This document shows, piece by piece, positions 16,264 to 26,138 of a stretch of 64,000 bases of DNA; positions within the stretch are counted from its first letter, which is position 1, and each line of letters opens with the position of its first letter. The DNA is from Candidatus Latescibacterota bacterium. GTDB taxonomy: Bacteria > Latescibacterota > UBA2968 > GCA-2709665. The notes under the pieces were generated by a model. The model had not been told where the DNA came from. It did not search any database and worked only from the letters and a program-made list of their open reading frames with translations. A program made the position numbers and the translations under genes. The stretch spans positions 2,144,001 to 2,208,000 of the forward strand of contig OZ242180.1 of NCBI GenBank assembly GCA_965205485.1. Reading direction: 5' to 3'.

Positions 16264-18300
16264 TCAGAATATGGTGGCCGACCGAAGTACCGCGCCGGTC
16301 GCGAAATAAATCTCCCTGCCCAGAATCGGCCCCGCGATACGGATACCGCCTTCCACGCTGAGCACCTCCTCGACCTGACGGGTGGCGGGGTCGAGACTGT
16401 AGATCAGCGTAGAGGTGAAGCCATAGATCTTTCCGCCCGGTCCGTTCTGCAGGCCGAGATCCAACGGCCTGCCGCCAGGCAGGGGAATGCGATGCGTGAA
16501 GGTGCGGGTGCGGGGATCGAACACGAAGAGCTCGTCGAGACCGCGGCCCCGAACCGTCCCGTAGAGCATGCCGTCGTTCCCCGTGAGCAACGCATTGAAG
16601 ACGGATGCGGGCGCGCTTCCACGCTCGATCGTTCCCTCCCAGGCCTTTTCTTCCGCGTGGTAGTCCCAAAGAAAGAGTGTGGCAACGCTGACTTTGGGAT
16701 TCGTCCCGCTGCCGCCGCTGATGGTGGTACCCACGGCGATGAGCTTCTGCGATTCCAAGTGGGCGAGGGTATAGCAGCTTGCATCGCCCACGATGCGTTT
16801 GTAGGACTTCCTTTCACCCGTCGCGGGATCGTAGTAGGCGAGGGGGCCGCCCCACCGGCCGTAGTCCGGTACGGACGCGACCCAGACCCTGCCCATCGGA
16901 CCGGTGAGCGTTGAACGCGGCCTGTAGGAGATGTCGTCCAGCCGGCCCAGGTCGCGGGGGTTGTCGTCCGGGCCCGTGCCATACTGGTAGGGAAGGGCGG
17001 GGTCGTACACCGAAATCCGAGCCGCCGGATAGGAGGAGATGTAAAGCTTCCCATTCAGGTTTGCCATCGAATAGGCTTCGCCGGCGGAACGGGAACACTT
17101 GCCAAGGTCGACCAGTTCAGTGGAACCGGGGTTGTACCTGAAAAGGTGTAGCGGCAGGATGCTCGATCCGTAGATCAAGCCGTCCGGGCCCGTGTGAATG
17201 TAGAAGATGTCAGTGCCACTGGCCTCGTAATCGAGTTCGAACGTGCGGACGCTGCCGAAGGGACGTCGAATGCTGAATGTACGATAGATCTGTTCCGTGC
17301 CGTCGGTAAAAGCGAAGGTGCTGCCGTCGGGAAGCGCCGGAAGCGACATACGGCCCGGCAGCGTCGCAACGGCGATGCCTTCATTCCCGGAAATCAGGAA
17401 ATTGCCGTAGTCCGACGTGATGACGTAGAGGTTGCCGTCCCGCCTTTTCTCCAGATTCAGCGTGCCCTGTCCCTTGAACGTGATGGGCCCGACCAGAAAA
17501 CTCCCCCTCGTGGCGGGATCGAATACGACGACGTGAGGCCGCGTCTGTCTGATGAGGCACGCGATCTTTCCGTCAGGAGCGACCAGAGGATAGTTGTACT
17601 TGTCCACGTTTGACATACGGCCGTAGCGTGTGAACTCGCCGGTTCCGGGGTCGTAGACCGTAAGGTCGGCCCCCGGGTAGCTGCCAATCCAGATGCGGCC
17701 GTTCTCGTCTTCGTCCATTCGGCAAGGGAACGTCGCGGCGCCCGGGTTGATGGCGCCCAGGTCCAGGAGGGCGTTCAGACGGGGATCGAAGGAGAGGAGG
17801 TGGCCGGCGTACGCGGACCCGATGTAGAGGCGGCCGGAGCGGCTCATCAACGTGGCGGTCGGGTAGTTGGACCGCGGTACCGGGGAGACGAACTGTTTGA
17901 ACGCCCCGGTTTCCGGGTCGACCTGCAGGACGAACAGGTTGTCGGCCTGCTGCCCCATGGTGACGTACACGCGCGGGCGGTTCTCATTGTCCAGGCCCGG
18001 ATGAAGGCGGACCCAGTTGACGGATCGTACCGGGATGCCGATGTCGCGGACCTGAGGAATCGGTGCGCCGGTCCGGCCGAACGCCCGAGCGAACAGCAGG
18101 AAGTCGCCAAAGGAGACCATGCCGTCTCTGTCCAGGTCGTAAAGGGCCTGTCCGGTGCCGAAGGCGCTTGCGAGCAGAATGAAATCCCGGAAGTCGACGC
18201 TGCCGTCGCTGTTGAAGTCGGCTTCCGGCGGCGCCTCGCTGCAAAGCGTCGTCGCCGTAGAGAGGAGAACGAATACAATCAGGATGGTTCGAGCGATCAT
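16264..18300 (-). CDS. Secreted beta-propeller protein with an N-terminal dockerin-like EF-hand pair
   Basis: Signal peptide; ADFNSDGSVDFRDF and YDLDRDGMVSFGDF; many DG.IYG/YDP blade repeats. Confidence 0.75.
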   Translation of the reverse strand: MIARTILIVFVLLSTATTLCSEAPPEADFNSDGSVDFRDFILLASAFGTGQALYDLDRDGMVSFGDFLLFARAFGRTGAPIPQVRDIGIPVRSVNWVRLHPGLDNENRPRVYVTMGQQADNLFVLQVDPETGAFKQFVSPVPRSNYPTATLMSRSGRLYIGSAYAGHLLSFDPRLNALLDLGAINPGAATFPCRMDEDENGRIWIGSYPGADLTVYDPGTGEFTRYGRMSNVDKYNYPLVAPDGKIACLIRQTRPHVVVFDPATRGSFLVGPITFKGQGTLNLEKRRDGNLYVITSDYGNFLISGNEGIAVATLPGRMSLPALPDGSTFAFTDGTEQIYRTFSIRRPFGSVRTFELDYEASGTDIFYIHTGPDGLIYGSSILPLHLFRYNPGSTELVDLGKCSRSAGEAYSMANLNGKLYISSYPAARISVYDPALPYQYGTGPDDNPRDLGRLDDISYRPRSTLTGPMGRVWVASVPDYGRWGGPLAYYDPATGERKSYKRIVGDASCYTLAHLESQKLIAVGTTISGGSGTNPKVSVATLFLWDYHAEEKAWEGTIERGSAPASVFNALLTGNDGMLYGTVRGRGLDELFVFDPRTRTFTHRIPLPGGRPLDLGLQNGPGGKIYGFTSTLIYSLDPATRQVEEVLSVEGGIRIAGPILGREIYFATGAVLRSATIF

Positions 18301-19181
18301 TGCTGTACTCTGGAGGGGGACTTCCCCGCTTCAAGCGCGGAGGCATACTCTTCCGCCTTTACCGTATCGGCAAACAGCGGGCTTGCGCTGTGTTCCAGCG
18401 CCCCGACGGCGGAACCGTCTTCACCCAGTCGGAACATGGCGCGCGTCGCCTCCCGCACGTCGATGTCACGTACCAGCAGTTCCTCCTGCCTCAACTCCGT
18501 CTGCCCGAGTATTCGGCCGTCGGGAGCAACAATCAGGCTCCGGCTGTTCTGGTGCGGGAGACAGGCGTTGCATGAACCGAACCAGACGGTGTTCTCGGCG
18601 GCGCGAGTGACGATCATGGCATGGTGGATGGGGATCTTCCAGTCGTTGGGACGGGTCGTGTTGTTCTGCGGATGGAAGACGACCTGTGCGCCGCGGCGCA
18701 CGCATTCGGCGGTCGTTTCAGCAAAGCGCAGCGCCTCGAAGCAGATGACCACGCCAATGCGAACGCCCGATAGTTCAAACGTATGCTGTACGTCTCCCCG
18801 CTCGTAGGCCATTGCGTCCAGCGGCGTCAGCATCGTCTTGTGGTGCATGCCCAGGACGTTTCCATGCTTATCGATCACGAGCGCGGTGTTGTAAGGCTTG
18901 CCGCGCTCCGACGGCGTTTCGGTGCCCAGGATGCAGGCGATGCCGTGTTTCGCGCATCGCGCCGCAACCTCGCCGTGGACTCTATCGAGCCAGCCGACGT
19001 GCACCGGAGCGTCCGCGGAAGCAATGTCTACCCGGTAGCCGACTGTCTGGGTCTCGGGAAAACAAAGGATCTGCACGTTCCGGAAAGCAGCAAGGTCGAT
19101 GGCTTCGAGAATGGCGAGGCGGTTGTCTTCCCGATCCGCGGTCTGCCGCGTCTGCGCAAGGGCGATACGTAACAAGCTCAT
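18297..19181 (-). CDS. Carbon-nitrogen hydrolase (nitrilase superfamily)
   Basis: Triad contexts CFPE, HHK and ICFE; RAAEN. Confidence 0.85.
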   Translation of the reverse strand: MSLLRIALAQTRQTADREDNRLAILEAIDLAAFRNVQILCFPETQTVGYRVDIASADAPVHVGWLDRVHGEVAARCAKHGIACILGTETPSERGKPYNTALVIDKHGNVLGMHHKTMLTPLDAMAYERGDVQHTFELSGVRIGVVICFEALRFAETTAECVRRGAQVVFHPQNNTTRPNDWKIPIHHAMIVTRAAENTVWFGSCNACLPHQNSRSLIVAPDGRILGQTELRQEELLVRDIDVREATRAMFRLGEDGSAVGALEHSASPLFADTVKAEEYASALEAGKSPSRVQQ

Positions 19182-19272
19182 GTATTTCTTTCGCCGGAGG
19201 GGTTCCTGAAATCAGTTGATTCGCTTGAATTTCACCGGTTTTTTCGAATTCCGCCGGCATTCCCGCAGGACA

Positions 19273-20280
19273 CTACCCGGGCTGATACAGGCCGCCGCCG
19301 CTGAGCGCGAGTTCGGCGATCCGGGTGGCGCACAGGCCGTCTTCACCGGTAACCAGCGGGTCCGATCCACTCTGAACCCAATCGGCGAAATGCAGCATTT
19401 CGTCCCGAAACATGTTTTTCTTTTCGAAGGTGATGACTTCCTCTTCGCCGTCGGCCAGGGAGAGGAGGTAGGCGCCCTGGGTGCCGGGGTCGAATCTGCC
19501 TTCGGCCTTCGCGGGATCGTAGTTCCCGGGAAACGAGAGCGCGCCGTTCGGACCGATGACGTCCGTTCCGCCTCTTGGACGAACACCGGCCGGCAGTCCC
19601 CAGGTCCAGGAACACATGATGGCGTCTCCCCGTTCGAAGCGGACGAGGACGGTGCCTGTATCCCAGGCGGTGGACGTGTGGTGAATCTTGACGGGCATGG
19701 ACTTGACTTCCACGGGTTCGCCGAAACAGTGGACCGCGAAGTCGTAGTTGTGGACCATTCCGTCGATCATGGGTCCGCCGCCCTGAAAGCGGTCCATGAA
19801 GAACGGGCTGCCCGGGGGCGAGCCCCCGGAGATCTGACGCCAGACAACGGGGCTGCCCAGCCGGCCGGACTCGACGACCCCTTTTACCGTACCCCAGTCG
19901 TTGTCGAATCGCCGCACGAAACCGATCTGGAGTCCGACGTCATTCCTGCGGCACGTCTGGATCATGCGATAACAGTCGTAAGAATTCATCGCCATGGGTT
20001 TCTGGCAGAAGATGTGTTTGCCGGCCTCCGCGGCCGCGATCGCCATCTCCGGATGGAGGAAGGTGGGGGTGCAGATCATGACGGCTTCGATATCGGCTTC
20101 GTCAAGCAGTACACGGTAGTCGGCGTACCCATGCTGCATGTCGAATCTTTGCCTGAAATGGTCGAGCTGCGCCGGACGGACATCCGCTCCCGCAACCACC
20201 TGGAAACGATTGTCGTCCCACACGGAATTCAACTGATGGGTTGAAATGCCCGCACAACCGAAAACACCCAGTTTAACCAT
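19273..20280 (-). CDS. Gfo/Idh/MocA-family oxidoreductase
   Basis: FGCAGI, ICTPTFLH, CQKPMA, GGGPMIDGMVH. Confidence 0.9.
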   Translation of the reverse strand: MVKLGVFGCAGISTHQLNSVWDDNRFQVVAGADVRPAQLDHFRQRFDMQHGYADYRVLLDEADIEAVMICTPTFLHPEMAIAAAEAGKHIFCQKPMAMNSYDCYRMIQTCRRNDVGLQIGFVRRFDNDWGTVKGVVESGRLGSPVVWRQISGGSPPGSPFFMDRFQGGGPMIDGMVHNYDFAVHCFGEPVEVKSMPVKIHHTSTAWDTGTVLVRFERGDAIMCSWTWGLPAGVRPRGGTDVIGPNGALSFPGNYDPAKAEGRFDPGTQGAYLLSLADGEEEVITFEKKNMFRDEMLHFADWVQSGSDPLVTGEDGLCATRIAELALSGGGLYQPG

Positions 20281-20359
20281 GTTTTTTCCTTTGCGTGATG
20301 TATCTTGGATTATTCAATTCAGTGTTGGAGCCTCAGGACGAAACTGTGCTGCACGCGGG

Positions 20360-21430
20360 TTAACGATTCAACCACTTACCGAGGAATTGAAGGCTCTTTT
20401 CAAGCCGAATCTCGTGACCGCCTTCGTGAAGGTCGATTTCGATATTCTGGGAAAGTCCCAGTCTGGCGTAGTGTTCGCGGGCCTGTCGATACTCGTCGAG
20501 CATCATCGGCCACCAGGCGATTCCGTCGGCCTTGCCCTGTTCAACGAGGAGGGGCCGGGGGCAGATGAGGGAGACCAGATCGCTGTCGGTGAACGCGCTC
20601 AGCCAGCCGGGAATCCATACGTGCTCCTCGTTGACGGAAAGAAAGCAGCTGTATCGGGGGTCGTCCACGGCCATTTTGTTTCGCCTGTGGTTGAACCAGG
20701 CGCATACCACGGCGGCCCTGATGCGGGGTTCGGCCGGAGTCGTGAACATGGTGTAGGCGCCCCCTAGGCTGATCCCGTACATGGCGGTGCGTTCGATGTC
20801 AATTTCAGGGCGGGTTTCCAGGTAGTCCAGAAGCCGCTGCGTGCGGAAGATCTCAAGGCCCCACAGGGTCTTGCCAAGGAGCTTGCAGAGGCGTTCCTGA
20901 CGCGCCCGTGGAGGGCCGCCCGTGATGTTCATGGGAGCAATCACGGCGAAGCCCTCTTCCGCCAGGCGCCGGGCGTAGGATTTGTAGGTGTCGTTCGGGT
21001 CGTCCAGGCCGAATGCCTTTTCAGGCGACGATCCGATACCGTGCTGTGCGATGACGAGCGGGGCGGGACCGTCCGTGCCTTTGGGCAGGGCGAGTATGCC
21101 GCGCCCTCTCAGATTGCCCAGTAATCCGATGGTAATCCACCAGGCGGTGAACCTGTCGTCTTCGTACCACGGATCCAGCACGGGTTCGAGCGGGGTGTCG
21201 TCGTACTCGAAAATGCCGATTGTTTCCTGCCAGCATCGGCGGTTGGCTTCTACCGAACGTTCGAAGGCTTCAACCGAGCTGTAGTCCCGATTCCAGTGAG
21301 CGGCCTGTCGCGGTCCGTAATTCAGGATTTCGCTTCGGAGAAAGTCTTCCGTCTCGTTTCGAAGCAGGCGCTGGCGGTCGTTGATCCAGCGGTTGATGAC
21401 CTCAGCCGGTTGCGTGTAAGGGTTCGCCAT
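20360..21430 (-). CDS. Alpha/beta-hydrolase (dienelactone hydrolase/acetylxylan esterase-like)
   Basis: QHGIG, GISLGG nucleophile elbow, LICPRPLL, HEGGHE. Start placed at 21430 (GGAGA RBS, downstream of the promoter). Confidence 0.8.
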   Translation of the reverse strand: MANPYTQPAEVINRWINDRQRLLRNETEDFLRSEILNYGPRQAAHWNRDYSSVEAFERSVEANRRCWQETIGIFEYDDTPLEPVLDPWYEDDRFTAWWITIGLLGNLRGRGILALPKGTDGPAPLVIAQHGIGSSPEKAFGLDDPNDTYKSYARRLAEEGFAVIAPMNITGGPPRARQERLCKLLGKTLWGLEIFRTQRLLDYLETRPEIDIERTAMYGISLGGAYTMFTTPAEPRIRAAVVCAWFNHRRNKMAVDDPRYSCFLSVNEEHVWIPGWLSAFTDSDLVSLICPRPLLVEQGKADGIAWWPMMLDEYRQAREHYARLGLSQNIEIDLHEGGHEIRLEKSLQFLGKWLNR

Positions 21431-21509
21431 CGGATTCTCCTGGAATTGCGCGGCCGCGTATCGGACCGCTGGAAGGACCGGAGAACTTTTCAACGGATCG
21501 TTCGTATAC

Positions 21510-21538
21510 ATGATACCGGGCATTTATTTCATTGTCAA
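21510..21538 (-). promoter_or_regulatory. Sigma70-like promoter at the head of the minus-strand catabolic run
   Basis: TTGACA, 17 bp, TATCAT on the minus strand. Confidence 0.65.
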
Positions 21539-21561
21539 ACTGCCATTTGTGGCGATGTTAG

Positions 21562-21721
21562 CAGTCCGTTGATAAAGTCGCTCTGCAGGCGAGGCCGAGC
21601 CATTGTGGCCGAAGACAAGGCGCGCAACCGAGTCCCATCCATCGATTCGGCGAGGGAGCGCAACGCAGTATTTCGACCGCAAGGGCCGGCCGTAGCCCGG
21701 ATGGACTTTTTCAACGGGCTG
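21562..21721. mobile_element. MITE-A copy 2 (inverted relative to copy 1)
   Basis: 160 bp with 5 substitutions versus 6790-6949 by manual alignment. TTAG on the left, TTTG on the right. Confidence 0.9.
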
Positions 21722-21724
21722 TTT

Positions 21725-21761
21725 GGAGCTGTTTTAAAATTCCTGGTGAGTCCCGAGCGCG
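21725..21761. mobile_element. MITE-B terminal fragment abutting MITE-A
   Basis: ggagctgttttaaaattcctggtgagtcccgagcgcg resembles the reverse complement of the right end of 39697-39858. Confidence 0.65.
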
Positions 21762-21820
21762 CGTGTAATTGTGTCGGGAACGGCGGACAAATTCGCCCAT
21801 ATCGAATAACAGGAGGGCGT

Positions 21821-23935
21821 ATGCGGGCACTGGTTCTAGCGATTGCAGCATCCATTCCGGTCTTTGCGGCGCACGTCGAAGCCGCCAGGGCGGTTTCGGT
21901 GCGTACGGACTCGCTCCTCGCGGCGGCATCGGATACAACGGTCGAATACCGGAAACGCGAAGGGCTCATCAAGGAGGCGATACGGCTGGACCCATCAGGA
22001 TGGGCCATGTACGAGCTCGCCCGCCTTTACAGCGATGAAACAACGCCGGGTACGCGCAGGCAGGCCGCCACCTGGCTGCAGCGGGCGATGCGAAAAGACA
22101 AAGCGAACGTGGATTTCCGGATTGAATACGCAAGAGTACTCTGGGCCATGGGCAGGCGAGGCCACGCCTACAAGAATGCCAGAAAGGCTATTGACATCAA
22201 TCCGAATCACGTCGGCGCACTGTATCTGGCCGGCCGGTACGCGGCATGGCAAATGTCGCGATACCTCGAAAGCGAGCGCATCGACTATCAGTACGATGAC
22301 CTGGGCAACCGGCGATCGAGGTCGTTCAGTCTGGAAAGATTCGGTGAGAAGGACCGGGATCAGGCGATCGGATATCTGACCAGGGCTTTGAACGTCGATC
22401 CGGAGCACAGACCTTCGCTTCTGCTGCTGGGACTGGTGTTCTACGAAGCCCGGATGCCGGAAAAAATGGGAGCGCTTTTCGAGGACTTCCTGAAACGCCA
22501 GCCGGAAGATCCTGACGTCTATTTCTTCCTGGGACTGGCATACCAGGCGCAAGACGAACTCCAGCGCGCCTATCCGGCCTATGTGAACGGATTGAGCCGG
22601 ATGTCCGCCCGCGAACAGCAATTCATGATGTCGGTATTCATGCTGGTGGGTAAACAGAGCGTGGAGGCGGGGGAAGATCTGCCGGATGACGAAGCGTTGC
22701 GGGCATTCTGGACCGGGCGCGATCCGCTGTTCCTCACGCCGGTTAACGAGCGCCTGATGGAACACTGCGGAAGGGTGGCGTACGTCAACCTTCGTTTCGG
22801 AGATCCGGAACGCGGAATTGCGGGCTGGACGACGGACAAGGGGCAGGCGTACATCCGTTACGGACGTCCGGAGGCGAGAAGTGTCCGCCCGCCCGAGATC
22901 GATACCGGTCTGGATGAGCCGCCGTGGTACCAGGATCATCTATACTGGCTGACTCAGCAGGGGACGACGCCGTTCAAACACCGTCCCCGTCTGGAGATGT
23001 GGGACTACGGCGGGTTTCGGCTGCTGTTTGCGAATACGGATACGCGGGATACCTGGCGCTTTCGGGTGGGCTGGTTGGGGGGGCGCCCGGTGGATTTCGA
23101 GAGGCTGACGGCAAAGGTGCCCGAATACTACAAGGACCCGTACAAATGGGAGCGTTACGATGCCCCGTACCAGATGGCCCGGTTTCGCGGGGAGGGGGAC
23201 ACCTCCAGAGTGGAGGTATATTACGCGCTTCCCGGAGAGGAAGTACAACACAAAGAGGCCCAAACCGGGGCGCAGGCCGTCGAAATACGCCAGGGACTGT
23301 TTCTGTTCGACGCGGAATGGGATACCCTGAGGAAGGATATCGGAAGGGTTGACGTCATGCCGTGGGTACAGTATGAAGCGACCCGGGAAGGGTATCTGTT
23401 TACCGGCGAAAAGCTGATGCTGTCGCCCGGGAAATACTTCATCGCGGCGGAGGCTGAGGATATACAGACAAAGTCGATAGGTACGTTCCGGAGCGTGTTG
23501 CGGGTTGGCGAATTCGGATACGATTCGCTGAGCGTGAGCGATATGCTGCTTGCGCGGCGGATCGTCGAACGGGAGAACGCGCCTTACGGACGGGCGCGGT
23601 ACCTCATTCTGCCCAATCCGCTCAAACAGTATCGGCAGGGCGCGCAGGCGTATTTTTACTATGAAATCTACAATTTGCGGAAAGACCGGTTCGGCGCCAC
23701 CAACTATCAGGTCACCTACCAGATCCGAACCCTGAAGGAAGACGAAGCGGAGGCGGAGCCGGAATGGACCACGGCGGTCTCCTACACCCACAAGGGTTCG
23801 CAGGCGTGGGAGCCCATTTACCAGGTGTTGAACCTGGAGATGTTTCCCGGCCCCCGGGACTTCCGGGTGAAAGTTCTCGACTTGAACAGCCGGCAGGAAG
23901 TGAGCACGGCGACGTCTTTTCGTGTGATGTGGTAG
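21821..23935 (+). CDS. GWxTD-domain protein with N-terminal signal peptide and TPR repeats
   Basis: AGGAGG RBS, signal peptide MRALVLAIAA, TPR-like helices, FWTGRDP...NER...R...RFG...GWTTDKGQAYIRYGRP. Confidence 0.85.
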   Translation: MRALVLAIAASIPVFAAHVEAARAVSVRTDSLLAAASDTTVEYRKREGLIKEAIRLDPSGWAMYELARLYSDETTPGTRRQAATWLQRAMRKDKANVDFRIEYARVLWAMGRRGHAYKNARKAIDINPNHVGALYLAGRYAAWQMSRYLESERIDYQYDDLGNRRSRSFSLERFGEKDRDQAIGYLTRALNVDPEHRPSLLLLGLVFYEARMPEKMGALFEDFLKRQPEDPDVYFFLGLAYQAQDELQRAYPAYVNGLSRMSAREQQFMMSVFMLVGKQSVEAGEDLPDDEALRAFWTGRDPLFLTPVNERLMEHCGRVAYVNLRFGDPERGIAGWTTDKGQAYIRYGRPEARSVRPPEIDTGLDEPPWYQDHLYWLTQQGTTPFKHRPRLEMWDYGGFRLLFANTDTRDTWRFRVGWLGGRPVDFERLTAKVPEYYKDPYKWERYDAPYQMARFRGEGDTSRVEVYYALPGEEVQHKEAQTGAQAVEIRQGLFLFDAEWDTLRKDIGRVDVMPWVQYEATREGYLFTGEKLMLSPGKYFIAAEAEDIQTKSIGTFRSVLRVGEFGYDSLSVSDMLLARRIVERENAPYGRARYLILPNPLKQYRQGAQAYFYYEIYNLRKDRFGATNYQVTYQIRTLKEDEAEAEPEWTTAVSYTHKGSQAWEPIYQVLNLEMFPGPRDFRVKVLDLNSRQEVSTATSFRVMW

Positions 23936-23938
23936 ACA

Positions 23939-23964
23939 GCCGGGGATTTTTGCAGGTCCCCGGC
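23939..23964. terminator. Hairpin between convergent genes
   Basis: gccggggattt-ttgc-aggtccccggc. Confidence 0.5.
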
Positions 23965-23974
23965 AAGCCGCGTG

Positions 23975-25144
23975 TCATCCCTGGATCTTTCGCACACAAT
24001 CGGTAATGCGGTCCAATGCTTTCTGAATGTTTTCAATCGAATTGGCAAAGGAAAAGCGGACGTGGCCTTCGCCGGATGCGCCGAAGCCGTGTCCCGACAG
24101 AGCAGCGACGTTTCCTTCGTACAAAAGATAGTCGGCGAGTTCATGGGAGGAGAGCCCCAGGTCCTCGATATTCGGAAAGAGGTAGAACGCGCCGCCCGGG
24201 AGCCGGCAGCGGATGCCCGGGATTTCGCGGAGCCCTGCGACGAAGATGTCCCGGCGGCGTTTGAATTCAGCCACCATAGTGTGGACGTCATCCTGCGGAC
24301 CCTGAAGCGCGGCCAGAGCGGCCCTCTGGGTGAACGTCGCGGTGCAGGAGTTGCTGTTGACCATCAGGAGTCCGAACTGTTCCGCCAGATTCCGCGGCAT
24401 CACTCCGTACCCGATTCGCCATCCCGTCATCGCGTACGTCTTGGAGAAGCCGTCCAGAATGATGGTCAGGTCCTGCATACCCTCGTACACTGAAATACTG
24501 TGGAAGGCGTCGTCGTACCGGATGCGGGAGTAGATCTCGTCGGCAAGTACCGGGATCCCCCTGTCGACGGCAAGTTCCGCGATCGCCTCCAGGTCTGCCG
24601 GAGGGATGATTCCACTCGTGGGGTTATGCGGGGAATTGATGATGAGAAGCCGGGTGCGGTCCGTAATCAGGTCCGCCAGTTCATTCACGTCGAGACTGAA
24701 GTCACGTTCTTCCGTAAGCGAAACGGGCACCGGCCGCGCGCCGGCAAATCTGATTACGGACTCGTAGATTGGAAATCCGGGGTCGGGATAGATGACCTCG
24801 TCTCCCGGCTGTGCAAGAGCCAGAATGGCGTAGAACATGATCGGTTTGGCGCCGGGGGTGACCACAACCTGGTCAGGATTGACCTGGATTCCACGGAATC
24901 CGGAGACGTCCTGTGCGATGGCCTCGCGGAGTTCCGGCAGTCCCACCGGGGGACCGTAGTGCGTATAACCCGAAGAAAGCGCATGCCGGGCGGCATCCAC
25001 GATATGGGCCGGGGTATCGAAATCGGGCTCGCCGATTTCAAGGTGGACCACGTCCCTGCCCTGGGACTCCAGTTCTCGCGCTTTGACGAGCACTTCGAAC
25101 GCGGATTCAGTACCGAGCTGGTCCATGCGGCGCGCCAGGTTCAT
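23975..25144 (-). CDS. Class I/II PLP aminotransferase (aspartate/aromatic type)
   Basis: IGEPDFDTP, NSPHNPT, DEIY, GFSKTYAMTGWRIGY; overlaps the pheA stop. Confidence 0.9.
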   Translation of the reverse strand: MNLARRMDQLGTESAFEVLVKARELESQGRDVVHLEIGEPDFDTPAHIVDAARHALSSGYTHYGPPVGLPELREAIAQDVSGFRGIQVNPDQVVVTPGAKPIMFYAILALAQPGDEVIYPDPGFPIYESVIRFAGARPVPVSLTEERDFSLDVNELADLITDRTRLLIINSPHNPTSGIIPPADLEAIAELAVDRGIPVLADEIYSRIRYDDAFHSISVYEGMQDLTIILDGFSKTYAMTGWRIGYGVMPRNLAEQFGLLMVNSNSCTATFTQRAALAALQGPQDDVHTMVAEFKRRRDIFVAGLREIPGIRCRLPGGAFYLFPNIEDLGLSSHELADYLLYEGNVAALSGHGFGASGEGHVRFSFANSIENIQKALDRITDCVRKIQG

Positions 25145-26010
25145 GGGGTCACCCTTTTTTCCCGCAAACTGCCTTTGACAGTCCTGCCCAGCGTGTAGGA
25201 GCCGAGGATTTTGAGGAAGCTGGCCATTTTTTCAAGGTGATCAACCGCCTGCCGGCACGCTTCGCTGGATAGGCGGCCTTCGAAATCCAGGTAGAAGACG
25301 TATTCCCAGGGTCGACCGCTCAAGGGGCGGGATTCGATCTTCAGGAGATTGATATCCCGCATTGCGAATACGCCCAGGCTCTTGAACAGGGCGCCGGGGA
25401 TGTGATCCAGGGCATAGACGATGGTGGTCTTGGCGGGATCGACGGGTTCAGCCGGCTCGGAGGCCACGACCAGAAACCGGGTGTAGTTCCGGTGGTCGTT
25501 TTCCAGGCCTTCTCGGAGGATTTCCAGATCGTAGTCGATCGCCGCCTGTGCGCTGGCGATGGCGGCGGCATCTTTCGCGTTCTCTTCCTTGATCTGTTTG
25601 ACGGCGCCGGCCGTGTCCTGCGCCACCACGGCTTCGACGCCCGCGTTAGATCGAATGAACTCGGTACATTGCGCCAGGGCAGGCGCCTGCGAGTAGATCT
25701 GCCTGACGTCTTCCATCCGGACGCCGGGATTGACAATGAGGTTGTGTACGATTCGAAGTTTGATTTCGCCCACGATGTAGAGATCCTGCCGAAGGAGCAG
25801 ATCGTAGTTTTCATGAATGCTCCCCATGAGAGAATTCTCAATGGGTACCATGCCGTGCGTGCAGGCGCCGACGGCGACAGCGTTGAAAAGACCTGCGAAG
25901 TCGGACTGCGGGACCACCCGGACATTTTCACAGAAGTAACTGCGGGCGGCCATCTCGCTGAATGCGCCCATTTCGCCCTGGAACGCGACAACGGGATCTC
26001 TAGAACTCAC
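25141..26010 (-). CDS. pheA: Prephenate dehydratase with ACT domain
   Basis: VAFQGEMGAFSE, PIENS, NYTRF, LLKIESRP, ILGSY. GTG start with GGAGG RBS. Confidence 0.9.
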   Translation of the reverse strand: MSSRDPVVAFQGEMGAFSEMAARSYFCENVRVVPQSDFAGLFNAVAVGACTHGMVPIENSLMGSIHENYDLLLRQDLYIVGEIKLRIVHNLIVNPGVRMEDVRQIYSQAPALAQCTEFIRSNAGVEAVVAQDTAGAVKQIKEENAKDAAAIASAQAAIDYDLEILREGLENDHRNYTRFLVVASEPAEPVDPAKTTIVYALDHIPGALFKSLGVFAMRDINLLKIESRPLSGRPWEYVFYLDFEGRLSSEACRQAVDHLEKMASFLKILGSYTLGRTVKGSLREKRVTP

Positions 26011-26138
26011 TTTGCCTCCATGAACGGAATCGGCGCACGCGGCCCGCGTGGATTGGAGTGCGGCAGCCGAGGGCGTAGACGACTGTATCGAGTCAAAAGT
26101 TCCGAAAGCCGGCGCCCGGAAAAAACGGACGCAATCGG

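Noticed and set aside
21296..21820. 175-aa N-terminal extension of the GWxTD ORF
   Set aside because: It overlaps the opposite-strand hydrolase and MITE-A. The RBS and signal peptide point to ATG 21821.
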